A stretch of DNA of 64,000 nucleotides from an uncultured Acidobacteriota bacterium (GTDB lineage Bacteria; Acidobacteriota; Thermoanaerobaculia; Gp7-AA8): NCBI GenBank assembly GCA_963741955.1, contig CAVUKB010000006.1, positions 1-64,000 on the forward strand, written 5' to 3'. A program made the translations under genes and the position numbers. The notes below the pieces were generated by a model that was not told the origin of the DNA, did not search any database, and saw nothing but the letters and a program-made list of their open reading frames with translations. Each line of letters opens with the position of its first letter. The stretch's first letter is position 1. Positions 19,934 through 29,579 of this stretch are shown one piece after another.

Positions 19934-20344
19934 TCAGTTCGTGGCGGGTGGCGCGGTCGCGGTCGGCGCGGCAGGGAGCGAGTGAACATAGTCGGCGACG
20001 GCACCGATCTCGGCCGGGTTCAGCGATCCCTGAAAGCCGCGCATCGGGGTGCCGGGGACGCCGCGGGTGATGGTCTGGATGATCTGCTCGCGGTTCCCGC
20101 CGTACGCCCAGACGCCGTCGGCGAGATTCGCGTTCGGGTAACCTGCGGCGATCGGAGTGTTCCCCTTCCCGTCGATCCCGTGACAGAACGAACAGGTGGA
20201 CTGAAAGATGGTCTTTCCGTCGGCGGGCGACGGAGCCTGCACCGCGGCCCTGCGGGAATTGTCCTGCTCGTTCGGGGTGCACCCTGCGAGCAGCAGCGTG
20301 GCGATTCCGGTCGCGATCAGAACTCTAGTCATGGTCGTCTTCAT
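19934..20344 (-). CDS. Monoheme class I cytochrome c lipoprotein
   Basis: Lipobox LLAGC, CSFCH heme motif, distal Met in GVPGTPMRGF. Confidence 0.92.
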   Translation of the reverse strand: MKTTMTRVLIATGIATLLLAGCTPNEQDNSRRAAVQAPSPADGKTIFQSTCSFCHGIDGKGNTPIAAGYPNANLADGVWAYGGNREQIIQTITRGVPGTPMRGFQGSLNPAEIGAVADYVHSLPAAPTATAPPATN

Positions 20345-21005
20345 GATTACTCTCGCTCTCCTCCGTCATCTGCTCCCGCATGTCTTCCTGATGCGCAGCC
20401 ATATTGTCGCTGGCGGCCGAAGACGCAGGAGCGCTCCTGGCCATCCCGGATTGCTTTCGATACTTCTCCAACCGTTTTGAAAGGTGATGGAGGTCGTACG
20501 TCAGGCGCATCACCGTCCGGCGCAGCTTGTACTTGACTCTCTTGAATCCCTCCAGGTCTCCGTCCCGGAGCACGGGAAGGAAGCCGCGGATCTCCGCGAT
20601 GCGTTTCCGGACCTTCTCCAGATCCTTGTCCTGAATGTTCAGGTACATCTCCTCCCCGCCGAGGAGGAGAGGGACTGCGCCGCTCATCTGATCGTCGAAC
20701 CAGTTCCACAGCTGGATCAGGTCGATCCGGCGTCCCTTGTTGATGAAGCGCGTCTCGAGTAAGTCCTGGGCGAAGTAACCGAGGAGCTTCCGGTCGTCCG
20801 AGCGGTTGAATTCCTCTTCGCTCAGATTGCGGATGTTCCACACGCCGTAGCGGAGGATGTCGTTCCGCGCGCTTCGGAACTGACGGGTGACTTCGTCCAG
20901 CACCCGCACGGGAAGCTGATTGAAGGCCTGAGGCTCCGCTCGCAGCTCGTCTCCCGCGACGAGCGGCGTCTCCTGCTGCGAGTTGGTCGGGTCGTGATCG
21001 GTCAT
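20325..21005 (-). CDS. Hypothetical helical protein (226 aa)
   Basis: Start re-called at ATG 21005 (the upstream extension is low-complexity repeat); protein-like sequence, overlaps the cytochrome c start. Confidence 0.78.
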   Translation of the reverse strand: MTDHDPTNSQQETPLVAGDELRAEPQAFNQLPVRVLDEVTRQFRSARNDILRYGVWNIRNLSEEEFNRSDDRKLLGYFAQDLLETRFINKGRRIDLIQLWNWFDDQMSGAVPLLLGGEEMYLNIQDKDLEKVRKRIAEIRGFLPVLRDGDLEGFKRVKYKLRRTVMRLTYDLHHLSKRLEKYRKQSGMARSAPASSAASDNMAAHQEDMREQMTEESESNHEDDHD

Positions 21006-21032
21006 CGCCGGCGGAAGTATATCGAATGCGTC

Positions 21033-21192
21033 GGGGACCGGGGGGCCGGGGTCGGGGATCGGGGGTCGGGGGGGACGAGAGGCGAGCGAACGTTTGCGGC
21101 GGGACCGAGAGAGTCGAAACTGACGAATGGCGAATGCAGAGTGCAGAATGGAGAAGGACGAGGGCCTTCTGGAGAAAGACGAGGGCCTTCTT
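21033..21192. repeat. Short heptamer tracts and a 14-bp direct repeat in the divergent intergenic region
   Basis: GGGGRYC-type run (21033-21072), GAATGSM-type run (21125-21155), GACGAGGGCCTTCT twice (about 21157 and 21178). Confidence 0.6.
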
Positions 21193-21407
21193 TCCTCTTC
21201 CTTCTCCCTTCTGCTGCGAAACTCCGTCACCCTTTCGGCGTGCGACGAATGATCGCGCTCCTCTCTTTCTGGTGGCGGCCGCTTCGTGGCAGCCACCGGC
21301 GCTCCTCCCGCTGACGCTCTCGGTCGAATCGCGAAATCGCGCAAATCGCGCAAATGCACTCCTCTCCCCTTGGCATCCTCCGACGTTCTCTGATATCTAC
21401 CCCCGCC

Positions 21408-21848
21408 ATGCAATCGATCCGGGTGACCAATCGCTGTCCCGACCTTCCGCTTCCTTCTCGTGCCACGCCTCACGCCGCGGGATTCGATCTCCGTGCCGCG
21501 GTCGACGCGCCGCTCACCCTCGCTCCCGGTGAACGCAGTCTCGTCCCCACCGGAATTGCGATCGAGCTTCCTCCCGGGTACGAGGGTCAGGTCAGGCCGC
21601 GAAGCGGACTCGCCATCCGGAACGGCATCGCTCTGGTCAATGCACCGGGGACGATCGATCCCGACTACCGCGGTGAGATCTCGGTCATCCTCATCAACCT
21701 CGGCAGCGAAGCTTTCGTCATCCAGCGCGGCGACCGGATCGCACAGCTGGTGATCTCACGCTTCGAGCCGTGTGGGCTGGAACTGGTGGAGACCCTCTCC
21801 GACACCCATCGGGGCGAAGGGGGGTTCGGCAGCACCGGCTCGAACTGA
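21408..21848 (+). CDS. dut: dUTP diphosphatase
   Basis: [40 protein letters not shown] motifs; start re-called at 21408. Confidence 0.97.
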   Translation: MQSIRVTNRCPDLPLPSRATPHAAGFDLRAAVDAPLTLAPGERSLVPTGIAIELPPGYEGQVRPRSGLAIRNGIALVNAPGTIDPDYRGEISVILINLGSEAFVIQRGDRIAQLVISRFEPCGLELVETLSDTHRGEGGFGSTGSN

Positions 21849-21900
21849 CAGTTGTCCTGGTTCACGATTCGCCGCCATGAGCGAGCGATGAGCGAGGTCA

Positions 21901-22532
21901 CCCCCCGCTTCGCGCAGAGCCACACTCTCCGTCTTCGTCGGCTTCGACACGATGATCGCGGCAGATCAGAGGATCTGCACCCCTCGGAGAGCTCGGCGCG
22001 CTTTGTGGGGCTGCGGATCCTCCGATCCGCCGCGCGAATCGAGTTCGAGCGCAATGAGACAGCGTCGTCGGCAGAGGCGAAGCCGCTCTCGCGAGAATCG
22101 AGCATGCCGACCCCCGCTCCGCGCAGAGCCACACTCTCCGTCTTCGTCGGCTTCGATACGATGATCGCGGCAGATCAGAGGATCTGCACCCCTCGGAGAG
22201 CTCGGCGCGCTTTGTGGGGCTGCGGATCCTCCGATCCGCCGCGCGAATCGAGTTCGAGCGCAATGAGACAGCGTCGTCGGCAGAGGCGAAGCCGCTCTCG
22301 CGAGAATCGAGCATGCCGACCCCCGCTTCGCGCAGAGCCACAGTTCTCGTCTTCGTCGGCTTCGACACGATGATCGCGGCAGATCAGAGGATCTGCACCC
22401 CTCGGAGAGCTCGGCGCGCTTTGTGGGGCTGCGGATCCTCCGATCCGCCGCGCGAATCGAGTTCGAGCGCAATGAGACAGCGTCGTCGGCAGAGGCGAAG
22501 CCGCTCTCGCGAGAATCGAGCATGCCGACCCG
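21901..22532. repeat. Three tandem 209-bp units, each with an inverted REP-like pair
   Basis: ATGATCGCGGCAGATCAGAGG at 21952, 22161 and 22370; each unit has GCAGATCAGAGGATCTGCACCCCTCGG and GTGGGGCTGCGGATCCTCCGATCCGCCGCG. Confidence 0.93.
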
Positions 22533-22619
22533 GACTGCAAATCCGCAACCCTGGCTCCCATTTCGTCGTCCCTGAAATCGCGCAAATCGCGAAATCGCGC
22601 AAATAGAACAGACCGGCCG

Positions 22620-25600
22620 TCACTCTGCGCTTCGCGCCTGCACGAAGGTCGGATCGCCGGTGCGGTTGTCGACGATGGAGAGATAGCCGGTCACGACGCC
22701 TTCGCCCGCGATCACCGAGAGCTCCGCCGTCCCGCTCCGGAGGACGGCAGCGCCCTCCTGGGCGAGGTTCAGCTGCGCGAAACCGTTCACCCCGAGCGTC
22801 TGCTCGCGTTCGAGCACCACCGCGCCCGACGCGTCGCGCACCACCATCCGCACCGTCACTTCGTGTCCCGAGATCTCCGCGACGCCGAGGTTCGAACGGA
22901 ATCGCTGAGACGACTCCGCTCCGATCGCGATCAGCGGAGCCCCGCCGAGCTTCGTTCCCTCCGATCCGGCGACTGCGGGGATGAACTGGCCGAACGTTCC
23001 GTTCGCGGCATCGGTCCAGGTTCTCGACCCCGCCAGAAGGGGCTGATCGCTGCTGATCGCGAGCTGCCCGGCACCCTCAGCGAAGCCGAAGAGCGGCACG
23101 ACATCGTCGAGATCGATGGCCGCGCCCGCTCCGACGCTTCGCCGGAGAACCACCGGCGCACCGCCGGTCGCGGGGAAGAAGGTCAGCGCCGCCTCGGCGG
23201 GCGTCCCTCCGGGATTCGTCAGTCGCACGTCACTCCGCCAGTGCGTTCCTTCGGCGCCATCCGTATGAACGACCACCGGAATCCGCGACGACGTGGCACC
23301 CTCCCGCCGCCCTGGAACGAAGATCGCGTCGCCGCTCCGATTGTCCACGACCGAACCGTATCCGACCACGCGCGCCGTCCCATTCGAAACCCACGCTTCC
23401 ACTCTCGCTCCTTCGACCATCGCCCCCGAGCTTCCGCCGAGGAGCGGCAACTGCAGCTGACTCCAGGGAGCGATGGTGATGCGTTGCGTCCAGATCCGGA
23501 TGCCGGCCGAGTCGAGCACGGTGACGGTGATCTCTCCCGGGCCGCCGGAGGTCTCTGCGAATCCGATGTTGGAGCGGTATTCGCCGGTGTTGCGCAGCCC
23601 GGGGATCTCGAGGATTCCGTCGCCCGACGCGATGGAATCGGCGTGATCGGCCGGAGGAATGGACTGCCCGAGCGTTCCTTCCGGTGTGTCGTCATACGTG
23701 CGACTGGTGACCAGAAGCGGCCGGTCGCTCCGGAGATCGAGTGCGCCCAGCCCGGTGGTGCGCAGCTCCCTCGCCACCACGTCGTCGAGGGAGACGGTCT
23801 CGCCTCCGGCGACGACCACCCGAACTGCGCCGAACTCACGCGTCCCGTCCCGTCCGGCCGGAGTGAAGAAAAGGGTCAGGTCTGCAGCCAGGGCGGCAGG
23901 ATTGAAGATCCGGAGATCGCTGACGAAATGCGTTCCGTTCGCGCCGTCCGCGTGGCCGACCACCGGAATGGTCCAGCGAAGATCTCCCCCACGCGTCGAG
24001 ACCGGTGCCTCTCCCTCGAACGCGAGGAGGAGACTCCAGTAGAGAAGCTCTCCTCCGCCCGTGCCGCTGGTGTCCGTCACGTCGAGGGTCCATTCGCCGG
24101 CCGCGAGCTCTCCGCGAAACGCGTCGAGTGATTCGGCCGGCTGCACGTCGAGCCCGAACGTGAGATGGAGATCGCCGCCGGGGTTCTGTCCGGGCTTCTG
24201 CAGCACGACCCTCTTCCCGGAAGGAGAGGTCAGAGTGATCTGCAGCGTCCCGGCGTTCGCGTCGCGGATCGCGACTTCCACTCTCACCGCATCGACGGCC
24301 CGGCTGTCCGTCACGCTCTTTCCCGACGACGCTCCCCCGGAGCCGGGGGGAATCGCAACGCCGACGGAGTCTCCCTGGAAGAGGGTGAACTCGCCGCGCG
24401 GAAGGAGAACGCAATCATCGGCGGAGAGAATGCCTCGCGCGGTCAGTGCGCCGCAGATGGTCTGGACGTCGCGACCCTGGTAGAGAAGAGAGTCGGCAGT
24501 GAGAAGCTGCTTCCCCTCGACCGCGAACGTAACGCCCGAAGGACTGCCGAATTGACTCTCGAGCATCAGGCGATCGGCTTCTCGACGCCCCTCCTCCACG
24601 CCGAGCCGGCCGGCCATCCCGAGGAAGATCTCGCGCAGTGCGGAGGACCAGATCTCGCCGTTGCGGTGCTCGACTCCGGGCTGATCGACGTGGATGTAGT
24701 CCGCCATCGTCTTCGTCCCGTCGACGCGGCGGAGGCAGTCGGCACCCGGGGGATAGTCGCACTTGCTCGACGGTCCGTTCCCGCAGCGGGCGTCCCAGTC
24801 ACCGATGCAGAAGGGATCGCGGCCATACGCGAGGCTCGCCTGGTAGCCGGACGAGAAGGCCCAGTAATCTCCGAATGCTTCTCCCAGGGCACGCGACTCC
24901 GAGCCGTAGCTCCCGGTGAAGACGCCGGGCGCGATGGAGTCCTGAATTGCGTGCCCGTACTCGTGCATCACGATGTCGGGGTCTTCCGCGTCGTCGACTC
25001 CCCCGTCGCCGAAGTAGAGCGCGCCCTTGCCGGGTGAATCCCATACGTAGAACGAGTTGTCATCGCCTCCAACCGCATGCGCGTCGACCGGAAGGGCGTA
25101 CGGCACGATCTGGCGGACACCCATATAGCCGAGTGATTGCAGGTAGCGCTGCGAGCGGTCGATGTGGAAGTACGTCATGACCTCTTCGAAGCGGTCGTCG
25201 CTGCGGTCGAACATCAGCGGCTGTGCGGCGTCGGCTGGCGCGGTCGTCGGCGCATCACGGTCGATCAGCTGGACGTAGGGGCCGTGCAGTCTTCCGGCCG
25301 GCGCGAGTCCGGGAAGAGTGACGATCGAATACGCGCTGTCCGGAACCGCCGAAGCCGCGTCGTCGTCGTCCTGAAGAGTGGGATCGTTCAGCTTCGTGAC
25401 CGGGTTCGGATCGAAAACGCGCCCGGTACCATCCGTGAGGAAGAGCGGCTCGGTGAGCAGGATCGCGCCCGTAGTCGCGTCGACCCATGTCGCAAAACGT
25501 TCGATCTGATCCTTCCTCCAGACGCAGCGCCACGCGACGCGCGTCGATCCGTCCGCCATGGCCCGGCCGCGCAACTCCGCGCCGAGTACGCGGGTGCGGT

Positions 25601-26102
25601 CGTCGACCACGCCTCTGCTGAGAAGGAGCGCAACGGCCCCGCTCCGGTCGAGTCTCGCTGCGGGAAGAGTCGAAGCGCGCACGGTGCGGTTGTGCAGCGC
25701 GCGGAGTGCGCCGTCGCGCCCGAACGAAAGCTCGAGCCCTGCGCCCTCCACTTCGATTCCGCCGACGAACTGCCGATAGCGGAGATGCGTTCCGGTGAGA
25801 GACTCGACACGACGCTCGAGGCGGAGATCGGGATTGCCGCGCGCGTCGCCTGTCAGTATCGCGCCGGCGGATTCGATCACCATCCGTCCCGCGCGGGCCG
25901 GATCGCCGTCCAAGTGGACATCGAGCCCCCAGGCGTCGGCGAGGCGGCCGTCGGGAAAGCGGCGGACGTCCGATGACGGAAGCGTCGCGAGCGACTGTTC
26001 CATCGTGATCCGGCGCGTGGCAGGGGCCGCGTGCAGCGGAAGGACGACGCTCCCGGCGACGCACGTGGCAATCAAGAGGCGCTGAAACGATGACCGATTC
26101 AC
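22620..26102 (-). CDS. M36 (fungalysin-like) metallopeptidase with propeptide, P-domain and duplicated C-terminal beta domains
   Basis: FTP/PepSY-like propeptide, GVDDAEDPDIVMHEYGH, EAFGDY, HRNGEIWS; P-proprotein domain (LTSPSG...FRGELAAGEWTLDVTD). GTG 26102 gives a signal peptide. Confidence 0.9.
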   Translation of the reverse strand: MNRSSFQRLLIATCVAGSVVLPLHAAPATRRITMEQSLATLPSSDVRRFPDGRLADAWGLDVHLDGDPARAGRMVIESAGAILTGDARGNPDLRLERRVESLTGTHLRYRQFVGGIEVEGAGLELSFGRDGALRALHNRTVRASTLPAARLDRSGAVALLLSRGVVDDRTRVLGAELRGRAMADGSTRVAWRCVWRKDQIERFATWVDATTGAILLTEPLFLTDGTGRVFDPNPVTKLNDPTLQDDDDAASAVPDSAYSIVTLPGLAPAGRLHGPYVQLIDRDAPTTAPADAAQPLMFDRSDDRFEEVMTYFHIDRSQRYLQSLGYMGVRQIVPYALPVDAHAVGGDDNSFYVWDSPGKGALYFGDGGVDDAEDPDIVMHEYGHAIQDSIAPGVFTGSYGSESRALGEAFGDYWAFSSGYQASLAYGRDPFCIGDWDARCGNGPSSKCDYPPGADCLRRVDGTKTMADYIHVDQPGVEHRNGEIWSSALREIFLGMAGRLGVEEGRREADRLMLESQFGSPSGVTFAVEGKQLLTADSLLYQGRDVQTICGALTARGILSADDCVLLPRGEFTLFQGDSVGVAIPPGSGGASSGKSVTDSRAVDAVRVEVAIRDANAGTLQITLTSPSGKRVVLQKPGQNPGGDLHLTFGLDVQPAESLDAFRGELAAGEWTLDVTDTSGTGGGELLYWSLLLAFEGEAPVSTRGGDLRWTIPVVGHADGANGTHFVSDLRIFNPAALAADLTLFFTPAGRDGTREFGAVRVVVAGGETVSLDDVVARELRTTGLGALDLRSDRPLLVTSRTYDDTPEGTLGQSIPPADHADSIASGDGILEIPGLRNTGEYRSNIGFAETSGGPGEITVTVLDSAGIRIWTQRITIAPWSQLQLPLLGGSSGAMVEGARVEAWVSNGTARVVGYGSVVDNRSGDAIFVPGRREGATSSRIPVVVHTDGAEGTHWRSDVRLTNPGGTPAEAALTFFPATGGAPVVLRRSVGAGAAIDLDDVVPLFGFAEGAGQLAISSDQPLLAGSRTWTDAANGTFGQFIPAVAGSEGTKLGGAPLIAIGAESSQRFRSNLGVAEISGHEVTVRMVVRDASGAVVLEREQTLGVNGFAQLNLAQEGAAVLRSGTAELSVIAGEGVVTGYLSIVDNRTGDPTFVQARSAE

Positions 26103-26169
26103 GTCGGCGATTCCAACCGGCGGAGAGAGCCGTTTATTTTGCGTTCCGTGCGGATCCGAAGGATAGCTT

Positions 26170-26390
26170 TGGCCTCCGCGGTGTGGCCGATGTTTCAGGA
26201 ATCCCGGAACGCGATCACGCCGTATCCGATGGGTTCGCGCGACCTGGAGCGCCGGCATCCCTGCCGGCTCGTGGCGAGCGCCCCGCGCTCGCCACCCTCA
26301 CGTCAACACGGAACGCGAGCGTCAGACCCCATCGCAAGATCGTCGCGTGCAGGCGCGGAGGCCCGCACGCAGCCGGCTTGAAGCCGGCGC
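26170..26390. repeat. Inverted copies of repeat modules seen at 14450-14597 and in the mosaic arrays
   Basis: GTGGCCGATGTTTCAGGAATCCCGGAACGCGATCACGC is the reverse complement of the GAAACTTCGGCCAC module; 26244-26390 is the inverse of 14450-14597. Confidence 0.8.
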
Positions 26391-26509
26391 CCCTCGGTGG
26401 GAATCCTCACGACCCCCGAGCGCCGGGTCGTGACCGCTTGTGCGAGGAACGAGTGCCGCTCCCCTGACGGCGATCCCTCGAAGCCTGTGCGCTCGTAACT
26501 CCGTGTTCC

Positions 26510-27121
26510 TCACCTCTCCCCCTCTTCCACCACGTTCAGGCGCTTCTCCCTCAATTCATCCCGGACGCGCTCGATCATCGACCTTCGCACCTGCAGCCGG
26601 AAGAGATTCCTCTCTCCGTATTCTTCCGCTGCGAGGACGACGTCCGGCGGCGAGATGGTGCGGTAGATCGCACTGATGGCGTCGAACGGCACTTCGACCA
26701 CGAGAGTCTGATACAGGATCTCCGTTCGTAGCGGCGCCGAGGCGATCGCAGCACGCGCCGCCTGCCGGTACGCCCGCGACAATCCCCCGGTTCCGAGTTT
26801 GATCCCGCCGAAGTAGCGGACCACCACGACGCCCGCGTCGAAGAGGAGGTTCCCCTCGATCGCGGAGAGGATCGGAGCGCCCGCGGTGCCGGCCGGCTCG
26901 CCGGCGTCGGAACTCCTCGCGCGTCCGCCGCCCTCTTCGAACAGTCGCCATCCCCAGCAGTGGTGCGTGGCGTCGAAGTATTCCTTCTGGAGCGAGGTGA
27001 GACGCTCCTGAAACTCCTCTTCCCGCCGCACGTGGAACGCGAACGCGATGAATTCGCTCCGCTCGATCCTGATGCTCGATGAACTCTCTCCGGCGAGCGT
27101 CAGATAGGAATCGTCGTTCAT
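26510..27121 (-). CDS. YigZ / IMPACT family protein
   Basis: DATHHCWGW, SDAGEPAGTAG, VVRYFGGIKLGTGGLSRAY. Confidence 0.95.
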   Translation of the reverse strand: MNDDSYLTLAGESSSSIRIERSEFIAFAFHVRREEEFQERLTSLQKEYFDATHHCWGWRLFEEGGGRARSSDAGEPAGTAGAPILSAIEGNLLFDAGVVVVRYFGGIKLGTGGLSRAYRQAARAAIASAPLRTEILYQTLVVEVPFDAISAIYRTISPPDVVLAAEEYGERNLFRLQVRRSMIERVRDELREKRLNVVEEGER

Positions 27122-27169
27122 CGAAGGGAGATTCTTTCACACCGGCGGCGGTGCGGCTTCGCGGCTCCT

Positions 27170-28250
27170 CGGCGGGAACCGTGGTTCGCGCCGATAGGGG
27201 TGCGGATCCTCTGATCCGCCGCGCAGGTCACGGCGCTCGCACGACCGTCCCCGGCAGAAGCGGAGCGATTCGCCAGAACCACCGACCGACGCTCCGCGGA
27301 ACCCACAATTTCCCTCTTCATCGCGTACAACGCGATTCGCGCGGCGGATCCCGCGGAGCGGGATCCGCACCCCAGGGCGGCTGGTTCTGCTCGCGCGCAA
27401 ACGACATGGTCGGTGCGCATGCGGACTTACCAAAGTTTTGGAGCATTGCCGTTCGGGGTCACTCGCGCGAACGGACCGGCTGCAGCGTGATCGCGGTCCG
27501 GGATCCCTGAAACTTCGGCCACACCGCGTCTGCCAAAAGCGTCCTCTCGATCCGCTCCGAACGCGAGCAGCGCGGCGGACTGCGAGTCCGCACTCCTCGG
27601 CGGGAACTGCGATTCCGCCGGGGGGTGCGGATCCTCTGATCCGCCGCGCAGGTCACGGCGCATGCGCGACCGCAGCACCACCCGCGTCCTCGGCAGAAGC
27701 GGAGCCGGTCGCCAGATGCACCGACGCTCCGCGACACCCACAGCTTCTCTCTTCATCGCATACAACGCGATTCGCGCGGCGGATCCCGCGGGGCGGGATC
27801 CGCACCCCAGGGGCGGCTGGTTCTGCTCGCGCGCAAACGACATGGTCGGTGCGCATGCGGACTTACCAAAGTTTTGGAGCATTGCCGTTCGGGGTCACTC
27901 GCGCGAACGGACCGGCTGCAGCGTGATCGCGGTCCGGGATCCCTGAAACTTCGGCCACACCGCGTCTGCCAAAAGCGTCCTCTCGATCCGCTCCGAACAC
28001 GAGCAGCGCGGCGGACTGCGAGTCCGCACTCCTCGGCGGGAACTGCGATTCCGCCGGGGGGTGCGGATCCTCTGATCCGCCGCGCAGGTCACGGCGCATG
28101 CGCGACCGCAGCACCACCCGCGTCCTCGGCAGAAGCGGAGCCGGTCGCCAGATGCACCGACGCTCCGCGACACCCACAGCTTCTCTCTTCATCGCGTACA
28201 ACGCGATTCGCGCGGCGGATCCCGCGGGGCGGGATCCGCACCCCAGGGCG
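27170..28250. repeat. About 2.5 tandem 436-bp units of the mosaic REP-like repeat
   Basis: TACCAAAGTTTTGGAGCA at 27428 and 27864; same REP-like palindromes and modules as 10.8-13.4 kb but diverged. Confidence 0.92.
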
Positions 28251-28274
28251 GGCCAGACGCGCGCGACTCCGACT

Positions 28275-29063
28275 CTACTTCAGTGTGACGTTCGCAGAGC
28301 TGGTGGCCGGAGCGGCCTTCTCTTCGCGCTCGTGGAGGGTGACGCTCCCGTTGACGGTCGTCACCTCGAGCGGGAACTCCCCTCCGGAGCCGCTCCCGCC
28401 GGCATTCACCGTCACCGGAACGTTCGACCGGAACGAGCCGTTCACCTGCTGCACGTCGACGGCGAGCGACGCGTTCGGCGGCACCGAGATCCGCACCGAT
28501 CCGTTCACCGTCTTCAGCCGTGCGCCGCGGAATTCCTCGAGAAAGTCGGCCCGGATATGACCGTTCACCGTCTTCGCGGTCACTTCGGCCCGAGGAGTCT
28601 CCACCTCGATGGCACCATTGACGGAGGTGAGCTGCATGGCGCCGGCGGTCCCCTTCACGTGGATGCTCCCGTTCACGTTGCGCACTTCCAGTGCGAATCG
28701 TGCCGGGACCACCAGATCCAGCGAGACGCTGGAACGGTTCCGGAAGAAAGGGAAAATCCGCAGCCCGTGAGTATCGTCGCGGGCGTCGATGGCGATCGTG
28801 TTGCCGTCCCGGCGGATCCGGACGGGGGGCTTTTTCCGTTCGGAGGAAGCCTTGTAGCGCGCCACCATTTCGATCTGGTCCGTCGAGCCGGTCCGGATGT
28901 GGATCGAGCCGTTGCTGGTCCGCACCTCCAGCGAGTCGGCCCCTGCGGCCGGAATCGTCTGCTCCATGGTGAGCCGTTCGCTATGCCCGACGCAGGAGAG
29001 GAGCCCAGCGGATACGATGGCGGTCACCAGAATCGGTGCAAGGATGTGCGGTTTCTGTCTCAC
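28275..29063 (-). CDS. DUF4097 beta-strand repeat lipoprotein
   Basis: Lipobox LLSC; repeated T(S/V)NGSI/V motifs. Confidence 0.88.
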   Translation of the reverse strand: MRQKPHILAPILVTAIVSAGLLSCVGHSERLTMEQTIPAAGADSLEVRTSNGSIHIRTGSTDQIEMVARYKASSERKKPPVRIRRDGNTIAIDARDDTHGLRIFPFFRNRSSVSLDLVVPARFALEVRNVNGSIHVKGTAGAMQLTSVNGAIEVETPRAEVTAKTVNGHIRADFLEEFRGARLKTVNGSVRISVPPNASLAVDVQQVNGSFRSNVPVTVNAGGSGSGGEFPLEVTTVNGSVTLHEREEKAAPATSSANVTLK

Positions 29064-29164
29064 GGGTAGACCCTCTGTCCCGTTGTACGAAGAAAAGCAG
29101 TGACTGTTTCAGGTTCGTGTTGCAGAATTTCCATGCTTCGCCGGTCCCGCCAAAGAATACTCGA

Positions 29165-29575
29165 ATGGCTCGTGAAACCGCTCAAATCACCCTTCTCCGG
29201 GTGGCCGCCTTTCTGATCGACGCCCTCTCGGTGGCACTGGCGCTCGTCCTTCCGGCGAGCATCATCAGCTACACAGCGGCGTGGTTCGCCTCCCCGCGCA
29301 CGATCAACCTGACCTGGTACCTGGCGGGTGCGATCTTCGTCACCGCAATCCTGTTGCGGGACGCTATCGGAGGGAAATCGCCGGGTAAACGAATGCTCGG
29401 TCTCCTTCTGACCACCCGCTCGGGCCGGCCGTGCGGGGTGGGACGCTCGGTGCTCCGGAATCTTCCACTGCTCATCCCCGGATGGAACCTGATCGAGGCG
29501 TACCTGGTCGCATTCACCCGTTCGGGCCGTCGCACCGGCGACCGGATTGCCGGAACGACGGTGAGCGAGGAGTGA
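29165..29575 (+). CDS. RDD family membrane protein
   Basis: RVAAFLID, GKSPGKRMLGL, LRN, RRTGDRIAGT; start re-called at 29165. Confidence 0.92.
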   Translation: MARETAQITLLRVAAFLIDALSVALALVLPASIISYTAAWFASPRTINLTWYLAGAIFVTAILLRDAIGGKSPGKRMLGLLLTTRSGRPCGVGRSVLRNLPLLIPGWNLIEAYLVAFTRSGRRTGDRIAGTTVSEE

Positions 29576-29579
29576 CGCG

